64,000 nucleotides of DNA from Lingula anatina (taxonomy: Eukaryota > Animalia > Brachiopoda): the NCBI GenBank assembly GCA_051362555.1, contig CM120640.1, positions 39,100,788 to 39,164,787 on the forward strand. The letters run 5' to 3'. The position numbers and the translations under genes were made by a program. Below, piece after piece: positions 51,525 to 63,900 of this stretch. Below the pieces are notes generated by a model that saw only the letters and a list, made by a program, of their open reading frames with translations, was not told where the DNA came from and did not search any database. Each line of letters begins with the position of its first letter. The first letter of the stretch is position 1.

Positions 51525-53159
51525 GTGGTTATATAGGCCTCTTTACTTTTGTTTTCCCGTTTGATCTTGGTTTGGTTTTCCATCATTCTGCTGTTTCTCA
51601 GTATTTAGGTTTAGGTTTAATAGCAGCGGTCTGGTTGGTTTCTTTGGTCGTTAGCATTATTATATTGTCAATAATTTGTCTCATGCGTGTCGAGCTTTTG
51701 CGATTTTTAATTACTTGTTGACAACTTTGTCATAGTCGGACAAAATTGTCAATGAAATCATTATTTCTTTATATGTTATAATTTAAGACCGGGACTTTGG
51801 GGTATATCAGCGGATTTATTGGACTCCACTTTAATTAACTTTATTATAATTTAGAAAAACATTTGCAAGTTTGTTTTCTATGTATCAAACAGCTATCTAT
51901 CTTTACCGAGGGCTTTATAAAAATGCAAGTGAATGCGCTACAAATCGTAACCAACACCACGAGGACGCATTTCAGGCATTCTGATTCTTCTCTTTCATTG
52001 AACAGGATTCATTATTGTGCTTGTTGAGACATAGGCATGTTACTGCAGCGATTGAGTGCGTGTATGATCTTTGGCTACGTAGTCAAGTGCAATATAATGC
52101 AAATAAAACACAATGCATAAAAGCATGGCAAACATCGAATGTAAAGGAACTGCTATTTGGATCAGTTAAAGGCAACTGTGAATGGATCTTCCTGCTTTTT
52201 TTTTACTTTGGTTGTGTTAGACAAATATGCATGTTCAAGATAATGAATTCAATCAATTAAGGGGAACCTGCTCCAGAACCAGGACGGTCCGTTTACAACA
52301 GGTTCTGATTTCATGGCTCAGGTAGAAGAGTGCCATGGAGAGTTATTTCTAAATCCATACCCAATCCCCTTTTGTCCCCGTAAGCCATGAGATACACCTT
52401 GAACAATACGAACAATAAAATAATTTACATTTCACTGTTTACTCGCTACAAATATGTTGACTTACACGTCGGGAGAAATATGAACACTTCTAACGAGTAG
52501 ACCTTGGCGTTGACAACGGTTTAGAAACTATGGAACGGTGACGAGGAAATAGGAGGATTTTGAAGCTTTCTTTAAATGAAGATTATTTCAATTTGACCAG
52601 AAAATTTTACTGGTTTTATTATTTTGTTTTGCTGTGGAACCTTAGTTTAAATTTGATTAAAACTACTGGAGGATTTTAGGACAAATGTTGGACAAGATTA
52701 ACTCTGCAATCGGCCTGAATCTATACCAAATGACTGATAAAACGCTAAAAGTCACAGACCAGTTTTAATTTTCGAGCAATTCTCCAGAGACTCAGGTAAC
52801 GAGGAGTTGATTTGCGTGCACATGAAGCGGCAAATTTATTTCGCCACGAACATAAAACTGGCTGCATATTTTCTGCGTGTCCGAACATACGATGAAACTG
52901 AAACCCGAGTTATCGACGACGAAGCAAGTTAGGCACACTGTCGATTATTACCTAGAGGCTAGAATACCCTTGATTGTTTAATTGATCTGTGCTGTTATAC
53001 TACAATACGTGTTGAACAATTTCTACTTTGTTCTCGGTCCCAGGAAACTATTGTAATGTGAGGAAACCTCTGACAATCACATCGCTTGGATAGACTAAGC
53101 CGGATACAAAAACACAGTTGAAAAAGTCGTTGCTGGCTTTCATCTCCACGCATTTCATA

Positions 53160-53503
53160 ATGCGTCGAGGCTCAACCCAGCCAATGTCTCTATCCGTTAG
53201 CAAGAAGCGCGGAGGCAAGGACAGCAAGGCGGCACCAGGCGAGATAAAAGAAGGGGATATATTCTACAGGACTGTTAGAATATATCCATCGCACCCGTTG
53301 GAACCCGAGGAACAGCATGTAACGATCACGAGGCCCGAGTTCCCACCTGGTGTGGTCGAGGTGCCGCATCACAGACAGCGGTCGGCAGCACACTCTGAGA
53401 CCACGTCCCGTAGAGGGTCGGTGATGAGTCTTGCTGGGACAGAGCGCGGGAATGTCAACCGTGATGAAGCCACCACGCCCAGAGAAGAGACGGACAGGGA
53501 CAG
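53160..53503 (+). CDS. Candidate alternative first exon V10 (114 aa, MRRGSTQPMSLSV...EETDRD-R)
   Basis: ATG 53160 to ACAG|gtgccg; 344 nt, phase 2 (weaker donor); GC-rich coding-like island. Confidence 0.6.
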
Positions 53504-54850
53504 GTGCCGTATTGCCGTACCGCCCCACCAGCACATTTTTTTCTTATCAATTTTCTCCTTTGTAAATGATGAAAATTGTTAAGAGTTATCTTTGGGGATT
53601 TAAACTTTGCTAAAATTGAAATTAGATTAGGAAATTGAAATATATTGCAATCAGCTGAATAAGTAATTAAGGCAAGGGTTTAAAAAACCCGCCTGGCATG
53701 GTGATTAAAAAAAACTGAAGGACCGAAAGACAAGGGGTCAATAGTTATTATAAAGGCACACAGTATTTTAGATTAAACTAACAAAATATTTTATTTATCT
53801 ATAGCTACCATTTTGTACTTAAACTCAGTTTAGGGGCCTAGTGTAAAAAGGTTCTGTCGGCTAAAAGCCATGATGGCATTTTTGTTCGAGTTTAGCTTTC
53901 TTCCTTTTTTATGCACGTCGACTGTTTAATTCTACTTCATCGCTTGTGAAAGTGAATCAATGACAGTGTAGTGTGACATTTAAGAGAGATACATTGCGGC
54001 ACAGAAAGTTATCATTAATCGATAAATCTGATTAGGTAAGGTATCGGCTACGTTCACTAGTTAAGGTACCGAATATGGGAAGTTTCCTATAAAAGAACTT
54101 AACTTTAAAACCAACCACTTACCTTTATGTCCCATAGTCGGCTGGTAGGCCTACAGCATCTTGTTTAAATTGCCAGGAAAAACTAGAGACTTTCAGGACA
54201 ATCCTAAAAATAGCGTATACAAGCATTGGCTACTTACTGTGTCAAGATGTTTTGTAAAACATTTTGGTGGGCAAAATTTGATTTTTTAGGAATGTAAGAT
54301 TGACATTCAAAATGTAAGTGCTTGTCTAAATATACAACAGATAAAGGTTAAGTGGTATTAATGTTATAACTTGTAGGAGGGACTATAAAAATAATGTTTA
54401 AGTACTGACAGAGGTTTGGGATCCTTGCTTTAAAAAAAAAACAAAGTGGCAGATCCAATCCTATCCCTTCGCTAAATGATTTATCAATATAGGCCTACTT
54501 ATTGGGCTCACAGGTAATATCAAACAAGCAGACAAGTAAATAAATAAATAAATAAATAAAGCAAAATAATTTTATCCCCCCCCCCCCCCCCCCCAATGTG
54601 TTGACGCTAGGGACCCTGAATCCTAGGTTTATAATGTTTTAACAGCAGTCTTTTCACAGTGGCATCAGGGTGTTAAACAAAATGAGTGTTTGCTACGTTT
54701 ACGATAGATAACGATAGCTAAACTTTTGTGAAGTTATTATAACCGCATGTAACTATTGCTAGATGGTTAATTTTGCATATACTTTAAAACTCAAAACAAA
54801 ACTTCGTTTGTTTTGGTATGGGACGTCTTTGTGACAGTGTAATACCCTGG

Positions 54851-54918
54851 CGCCATCTTCACTGCTCAGAGCTCAAAAACATTGTACGCATGCGTGGCGA
54901 CCTGCTGCTCGTGGCAAC
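54851..54918 (+). promoter_or_regulatory. Canonical ADGB proximal promoter: YY1-like, NRF1-like and RFX X-box-like motifs
   Basis: CGCCATCTT at 54851-54859, CGCATGCG at 54887-54894 and gctgctcgtggcaac at 54904-54918, 60-130 nt upstream of the ATG. Confidence 0.55.
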
Positions 54919-54980
54919 CAAATATATTTTAAAATATAATACTGAAAAAATTCGAATGCCATTAAAATGATTTTATGACG

Positions 54981-57900
54981 ATGGCATCGAAAACAGCAAA
55001 AAAGAAGGAATCATCTGGGCGGGTTAGCTCTGCAGGCAAAACTGAGTAAGTGAGGCTATACAAACTTATTGACCTTGCAACTTGTTTGATTGGAAACAAT
55101 ATGGCGGACAAATTTGCGTGAACCTTATTATAAACACAGTGAAAAGGTGCCCTAATGTCCTAATCGATGAAAACCATATTACTACAGCTGGTTTAAATAA
55201 AAGGATTTAATTTTTGTTTACATCTGTGCTAATATCTTACCATGCCACCCGTAATAGTAATTTGTCTGTAATTTTACCTGTAATTTTACTGGTATGTAAA
55301 AGTTTAAAAGTTATTTTAAACTTTATGAATTGCATTTTACAAATTTATTCATGCTTTAATTTGTAGTATTTAATTCATTGTCTTCAATTACTGGAAAAGC
55401 TAGTGGGACCTTATTTACCCCACATGTAATGGTTCTTTAGCCACAGTTTTATAGGCAAGTCATCCCAATGGTCAGACCTACAGTAGCAGGATTGCAAATA
55501 TAAAAATTCCAAACAAAGCAGGTCCAGAGGTTACCAGTAACCTATATTTTGTCAAATTTGTGAAATTTATTATTTAGTTTTCATAGCTAGTGTGTATGTC
55601 CTAAATTTAAGCCAAGTAGAGATTTTTATCATATCTTCAACAATTTTCATGTGCTTACCCACCATCACTCTTTTGAGTTTGTTTTACTTGCTCATATTAA
55701 TTGCCAATAACAGTTAATGTTTGTACTCATGAGTAAAAGAGTATTTACATAGATGGTACCTTTATGTTTCTTGGAGAATTTTCCCCATGAGATATTTAAC
55801 TTAAAAGCCTTGGATTGGTTTAATCAAGCTGGTGGGTTGTAATGAGCCTACGGATGTAACCAATCAATCTCCAATGCTATTTGCTCATGGAACGTTGATA
55901 TCACTGTGGAATATGTCAAACGTGATCACATAATATGAAAGATGATCAAGTATTGTTTTGCTCATCTCCCAGAGCTGTTTCTATACTTGGTCACCATCAC
56001 TTACACTCAGTTGACCTTATTTTTCAAAGCTTTCTTTTCACTGTTTCACTCGGACCATCATTAATAACTAATCGTTAATCGTGGAGTTAATGTATTGAAA
56101 GAGTTTTCATTCCATTTTTAAACTTGCAGATTTAGCATACATGTGTAGAGTGATATCTAGAGCATATTTAAAGCTGGAGGCAAAAAATAATGATCAAATT
56201 CCTCAGATATCATCAGATCTGCAGTTCTTTGTGCCAGCAGTATAACAAAAATTGAGATATGAAGAAGAGAACATTTCAAGACATAGGGAAGAAATATGTC
56301 ACACTGTTTACATCACTGAAGAACTTGAAAGCTCTTAGGTAACAGTGATTACTGTTTGTCTTGTGAAAAAACAGCTAAGACATGCAGAACTTTACAAATG
56401 AATCTTTACCAGTACCCCAAAATTTTGGGGTAGTGGTTTTTATATATTGTGCATTATATATCTGCTTTTTCTTTTTAGGGCTGCATCGATAGCTGCAGGG
56501 AGCCAAGTCCGCCAGAAAATTCCACTCTGGCCTGAGTGGAGTGATGCTGACATAAATAATGAAAAATGGGTAAGTGAAGAGTTTGTTATTTATGAAATAA
56601 AACGTTGCTAGTCTTGATTTGAAATATGGTTGCACTGGCGTTTTGACTTACTGTCATATAATATTGATATGTAGAATAATAATGTTCAAATAATAGATAT
56701 AACTGCTTGTGAATGAATGAAAAAGATTGCTCAATGCACTTTGCAGCCTTTGCTTCTTACATATTGCTTCATTTTAGGTTTGGAAGAGAATTGATAAAAA
56801 AAAAAGACTGTAGAATGATAAAATTGCTTGAAATGTGTTGTCTTACCAAATTAAACATTTGTCAGTAATTGGGTTTGAATTTAAAGGAATAATATAACAC
56901 TGACCATTTTCAATGTAGTATAGATATTCTCATGGAAACACAACAGGTTGTGCAGTGTTTTAATTATTACTTTCTCTTAAAATCTAGGTAACTATAGAGA
57001 ATATTAAAAAAGATTATATCCTATTGAAATTTTAGAAGATAAAAGAGTAAAAGAAAAATACTTTATTTTATTTATATACCTGCCTCCATATTGTTCCAGT
57101 CAAAAGAGGTAATTCTGTAATTGTTTAGTTGTAACTGTACTAGGTTATCCTTTACTGGGCACCCATAAATCCATAATGAAAATGCACAGAACTGAGCAAC
57201 CAAAGTACTAATTCAACAAACTGAAATAAGAACATTTAGATGTTTTTATGGTAGTATGATTTATTCAGTTTGGAGAGAAAAAAATCTTTTTAGTTTCACT
57301 TAAAAGATTGATTTGTGTTCACAAAAATTTGCATGGTCATAAAATAATCTGTCACATTTTCTATAAAGCACATTTTTAATATAGAATAAAAGGGTAGATA
57401 ATGTTTAGTCACAATTTTTCACAGTCCTATTTTGCATGGGAAAACACAGTATACTACTACACTAGATGCCATCATAATTTTTAATGCCGGCAGCATATAG
57501 TTGTTGTTCTGATTGTTTTAACAGAAAGCCAGTTACGTATGTGCTGAAATGTTGATGTTACATAGTACATGTAGCACATGTATATGTTGTATATGTGTTT
57601 GAAGTGAAAATCTTTGTATACTTTTCTGTACTTGCAGCATATTTGTAATATAATAATACACAATGGACATTAAAAAACATTGTATCAGTTCAAATATAAG
57701 GCACAAAGAGTATACATGTATAAATCCATAACAAACTGTTTACTAGTACTTTCTTACAAAACATAATGATATATGCTCTCAGTTTGAAATAACAAGCAGA
57801 CTTTTTTTAAAAAGAGAAGGCTTTTAAAGTATATATTATCCAGGCAGTGTTACGAAAAATATTCATATTTTCATCATGCACATTTGATGTCTATAATTCC

Positions 57901-60900
57901 AAAATTACAAAATTAGTCTTATTACTCATATGTCACTCGACGGATTTCTTTTAAAATGTCACTCTCTGCTTGCGCTCTGCAGCTTAATCACTAACTGGGA
58001 CATGGTTTTTCTTTTGTTATGCATGTTCATGGGTCTTAGATGTACATGTGTACATGATTTATAATCATTGTAATGTGACATTGTTCAGGAACATACTAAC
58101 ATTGTATCATGACTTGATTCCAAGTAAATGTCATTTGCTTTTTACATTTGTTTGGGGCTCAAGCTCAATATGACTATCAGGGTGGACTATGCTGTAGAAT
58201 ATATGGCTGTTTTTAAAAATACAAAAGCTGGAACATACTTTGTCTAGTAATTTGGTTTGGTTTTGAACTAGTTTTTACCTGAACACACTGCTGTGTGTAC
58301 AGTAAATGTGTTTGAATGAAATGTTCTCATTTTAACTCTGCATTATATGTAAAAAAAGTACATGAACTGAATATTTCATTGTATTTTGATTTCTCTTTTG
58401 ACGTGTTTACAGGAGGCAGCTCATGGCAAAGGCAAGGAAAAAGACAAAGGGAAATCACCAGTGGTAAGATATTATACTCTATTTATTTATAACTTATTAT
58501 AAGTGCAACTATAAAGGGATGAGAGATTTAAAAAAAATGGAGTAAATGTGTATTGGACCATGCAACTGAACTGAAAAAAAAATGACTATAAATTTTTAGT
58601 ACATTGTATTCAACATAGATAATCAAGACTGATGAAAATGTAATGCAAGAAAAAGTTCCAAAATTGTGACAGAAAGAAACGAATGTGTAATAATGTAATT
58701 AAAAGTTTAAAAAATGGGTTTACTGATACTCATTCTTGTTTACATGCATGATAAAAGATTCAGATTTCTGTAATATGAAACGTCTGTTGTAAGTTGGGAG
58801 GATATTGCCTGCCATTATCTCCCCAATGGACAGGATGTTCATTCCTTGCCTGATCACAGTGTTTATAACAAAGGTTTTAATTCTGTTTGAACTGTAGATT
58901 TTGGATCAATAGATGTTCAAGTCTGTAAATGAATATGTTTTTTTACTTACCAAGCTTGTCTATTGTCAGTGTATAGGTGTGATTACATCGTATGACTCAC
59001 ATTCAGTTTATGACTTTTTTTTTTTTTAAGAGCATCTGCCAGTGTCATTTTTTCTATTATGATGGGAAGATTATCAAATGATTCATTGACTTTTCAATAA
59101 TACACCCTATATATATATATATAGGTTTATGTGTATTTATTTGTGATTCTCTTTTTTAATCAAATTAAACTTAGTGCACTTCTGCTGTGGATTTTTTTAA
59201 AAACATTTTTTTTTACAGAAACTATTTGTTTAATATGGAAATGATATTTTCTGTAAATATCACAGTTGTTTGTTCTGTGTTGGCGGAGACACTTGTTGCT
59301 GATAAAAGCACAACAGCCCCATTGTGGTAACACAATGAAATAATAAGCAAGAAATGTAATTACATCCGATGATACCGCAGCCCAGTGCTTGCCCTCCCAG
59401 CTGGGGCCCTTCTTCTTTAAACCTCCAAAAATATTGACTTTCTCACAAACAGCTTGTATTTTTCTAATCTGGAAACCAGTTGTTTTGAGATAATTGTCTC
59501 AGTCTGACCAGAGAATTAGTGGCTGAGAGAAAGAAAGTTGCATTCAGTGTATTGAGGGCAGCTTCATGAATTGTATCTGAAGTTCTCTGAGTCAGAAAAG
59601 GGCGTGGTGCTTATAGTTGTGATGGTCACTCCATGAATCCTTATTTAACTGAAGTAAGTCAGTGTTTATTGGAAGCTATTTAACAGTGTTTAAAACTGCA
59701 AAGAATGGTTCTTTTTGAGAATTAATAGGCGCTGACAGTGGCAGGTTTAGGTTAGTGAGTCAGAATTTTTGGTCTGATTAGTTAAGTTGGTTCAACCCAT
59801 CGTGGAAAACTTGTGCCACGTTTTCAGGATAACAGCAGTCATGTGGAAGAGACACTGAGTACCAAACTGCAAATAACTAGACTGCCTGGTAAGATAGGAT
59901 GTAAATAGTTGAGATAAGAAAGGAATATTATCCAAAGTGATAGTGCTTGTACATGTAGGACAGTTTGTCTTGTGCAATGTGCAATGGAAGAGAAATACTC
60001 GGTATAGCAAGAGTGGGTAAAAGTTTAAGTGTGTGACATGAAACCAGTGCTATGAGACCTGTTAGGACACATCTTATTTATGGTACACAGCAGCACAATG
60101 CTACAAGTAAACTGCCCAAGAAGGTTTGTACTCTGTTTGCTATCTGTCCATTGTTTCAACAGTCTGGGTTATGAATTACTGCCAGTCCATTTTAATGTGT
60201 AATTTTGGCATCTATGGATACTATCTACTTATGAATTTGCTTTAACATGGCCGAATGCACCTGAAGGCAGTTGGTTGGTGTTTTTTTTCTTTTTTTTTTT
60301 TTTCATTTTGAGTAATTTGAGTAATTACAAGAAGTTCCAGATGCACTTATGAAAAAGCCAAACCAATTTTGACTAGATTTTGTCCAGTTAAATGAAAATT
60401 ATTGTTATTAAGCAGATGGAAGCATTATCTACATGCAGTACACCACATAGCTAAGGTGAAATTTCCAAGTTTTTCCATTATTAGAACATTTTGCATGGCA
60501 TACATTGATTAAGTCTGGGTAAAGTGGGCTAGCTTGCTGCTAGTATATTGCCCATTATGGAGAGTGACAGGTGTTATGCCACTGGAGGCGAAATTAACCT
60601 GCCATTTCATTGGCTACTTTTACTCCCTTGGTGTCTGCTCTCAGTCGAAAATATTGATTTTGTTTTTCACTGGAAAGACTCAAATGAAACCAGGTAGACT
60701 ATAGTCGGAGGCTGATTGTGTAGATTTTATTAGATTGCATTCAGAAAGATAAATGTGTTTTATATCTTTTTTAGCTTTTGTCTCATGTTAAACTTTGCGG
60801 GGTTCTCTTGCTAATTTGACAACATCAGTTTGGGGGAAAGATTGATATTTATTGTCAAGAAGAATTTAGAGCATGATAATTTAGAGTTTGTTGAATATAA

Positions 60901-63900
60901 TTTCAGAAACATATACAAATTTGAATGCATGATCACTCAAAAATATATGAAGATAAAGACAATGTGTATCTCCTTGGTGTATAATTTCTTTATGTTCTAA
61001 AGGTCAACAGTTATACAATCACATTCTCATTAAAATAAATTTCACAGGTTAATAGAGCCTGTTATTTCTATCAGCCCTGGACTTGTTTTGTTGATTAGGC
61101 TAATTGGTGACAGTGATTGCCATAATTTGGATCCCTGTTAATATACCTGTCTGTATAACACAAAGGTAATGAGTAAGGTATCTTAAAGCAATCAACTTCA
61201 GCTTCTTTGTCATCATTTAATGACTGGTTTCCTAGGCAGGTGATTGCTTAACCTGTAAACCAGGCATTTCCTTTATTACTTCTCAAGGTAAGAAATGGAG
61301 TTGGAAGGGGAGGGGGGGGGGGGCTTAATTTTCCAGGAAGTTTGCTTAGCTTATCTGTCATAGATCACCATAGTTGCCAGGGGATATTATATTGTGTGTA
61401 ATTTGCTGAAAGCCCCCGAGATTGATGGCAGGTATTGTGATTGCGAGTATTGTGAGTGGAGCCAGTGTTGTTATAAGCTAGTGGTTTGAGGTAGATGGAT
61501 CCCAGTATGCAGGGATCTACAGAGGAAATTAGTTTTCTGTGGTCTGGGCCCACTGCTGTTTGAGACACTGACATCTAATCTAGATTTCAACCTGTGTGAG
61601 AATCAGGTAAATGAAGGAAGTTGAATATGAAGATTTGAAAAGAAAAGCTCTTAAATTGAAGATAATTTGTTTTGGTATCCTGCATGCATTTAGTTTTATC
61701 GGTGAGTGGGTGAGATAACTGATGCCTATGTGTGGAATATTCAATTTGGTTTCTCTACTTTCTGGGGTCTTCAGGGACTCATTATATATCTTAATGGATA
61801 AAGGGATCATTGTGAAATGCACCTAATGGTGGCATGTGATCATCAGAGTGGATTATATTTTCAGGTGCAACATTTCTTTGATGACCCAGAGGGTAAGATA
61901 GAGCTTCCACAGTCTCTCAAAGTAGACACATGGAAAAGGCCCACAGACTTCATATTTGACCAGGTGAGTACTCGTAGTTCAGATGTCCATTTCTTAAATT
62001 AATCTTTGTCAGTACATTTGAATAGCATTGCAAAATGTAGATGGAAATGGGATTTGAATATTCTGGGGTAGCGCTAACACTCGCTAATTTAGCCAAATGC
62101 TAAAAGTGACATAAATTGGCTAAACAAAAAAGGCTTTATTTGACTTGTTTTAGTTATAAATTGACAAAAAAGCGGTGATTTGGCTAAGTGAAAAAAGTTG
62201 CTAGCGCTACCCCAGATATTACTTTAAAAGAAAAATGTCTGTTGTATTGTAAGCATTGTTATCTTATAAAAATCTCTATTGTTTATTGCTTTGGTAGTGC
62301 TACTCATGCTGAGATATATAATATTTTGTAACTCATCATAAAAATAAAAATAGTAATGATAATAATAAAAGAATATGGTTACTGTTAGAATCAAACTCCC
62401 ATTTAAGAATTGTTGAAATGAAATCTAAGTAATTGTGTAGAAGGCATTTCTTTGGGGAATAGAACTGAAAAAAGTGTTCAGATTTACAAGAAGACAATTT
62501 TCTGTAATGAAAAAAAAAAAAGAGTATCATTAGTGTTCAATACATCATAGTCTGGTCCTCTGTCAAACTTGATGATGATATGTGTGACTTTCTCTCCAGC
62601 AACCTGTGGTGGTGGATCCTGATAAAGGCCTCAATGGATTTGATCTGCTGTCTGCCAATGAACATCTTCATGATAGTGAGGTGAGTAGCATTTGGAAATG
62701 TCTGATGCTTTTCATCATTTTACCCAATAATTGGTTATACCTCATTTCGTAAAATATGAAGCTGCTGTGAGAAAGTAAAAGTGTTTTAAATTGGTGTCTG
62801 TGAAACTTTTGAATTTTGAAAAAAAAGAATAAGAAAAAATATGTGGAAGAAGAACTTAATCCTATGAATGCTGTACATATTTTCAATTATGTCCCTTCTC
62901 AGAATGTTCAGAAAATGAAAATAATGCCTTTCAAGCACACAAGCCACGTTGTATTGAAAAATGAAAACACAGACATCATGCTTCAGTCATATGAGATTCA
63001 TGTACCTGTGGATTAGCAGCTGGTCCATTGTTTGGGAGGGAGGTTAGGTACTACCTTCAATGTCAAGCATTTCCTTTTATTATACAATAACACAGATTAG
63101 AAAAAAACTGGACTCACACAGCTTGTTGTAAGGCTATACATGTATCCTTTTGTATTGAAAGATCGTGTAGGATTTGACTATTGTCCACTGTGCCATCAGA
63201 TAATCTGCTACAAGTATACCTAGGAAGGTGTTTTAGTCTGTCAGTGGCCTGCCATTGTGTGACAGAAGAAAGAGGTAAAGAATAGATTCCAGTTTATAAC
63301 TGTGGTGGCGTGACTGAGACTCTTGGGCTGTCATGGCCGTGCAGTTTCTAGACTTTGTATGGGTTGGAGACAGGTTGTCACATCATCTTAGGTTTCAATG
63401 CAGCATGTATTTTTGACTAAGCCAGAGGAAATTTATTATATATGTAAGTACTTGGTATGAAGATGTGAAAGCTGGTGATTATATTATTCCAAGAATAAGG
63501 GACCGTGCTGTATTTTATAACTTTGAAACCAGTGGTTTGGAATTGTTCAGAGGATCAAAAGCCTTTTTCACAAGTGCAAGGCAGTATATATATATAGCTA
63601 ATAAGCTTGCATGTATTGGTTATTTTGGGAAAATATCTCTGAAAAGGTTCACTGAAAAGAGCTACAATTAAGGTTCAGGTATGAAGTGATAAAGGTTGGA
63701 CTGATATGGTAGCACATACACCCGCATTTAGTGTGGTGTTCCAAGTGGAATGGAAATGTTCATACAATTATGATCTGAGTATGAACTATTTTTCATCACC
63801 TCTTTGTCAATTTTTGAAACATAATCACTTAGGTGATGCCAAGAAGGCATAGCCGTGATGAGGAATGTATTAAATTTCCACCGCAAATTCTGTTTTCAGT

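Noticed and set aside
29763-53503. The islands as consecutive internal exons of one separate gene
   Set aside because: Most begin with their own ATG and I saw no convincing in-frame phase-2 acceptor for them (only 31096 has a clear one), so first-exon status fits better. This is not formally excluded without transcripts.
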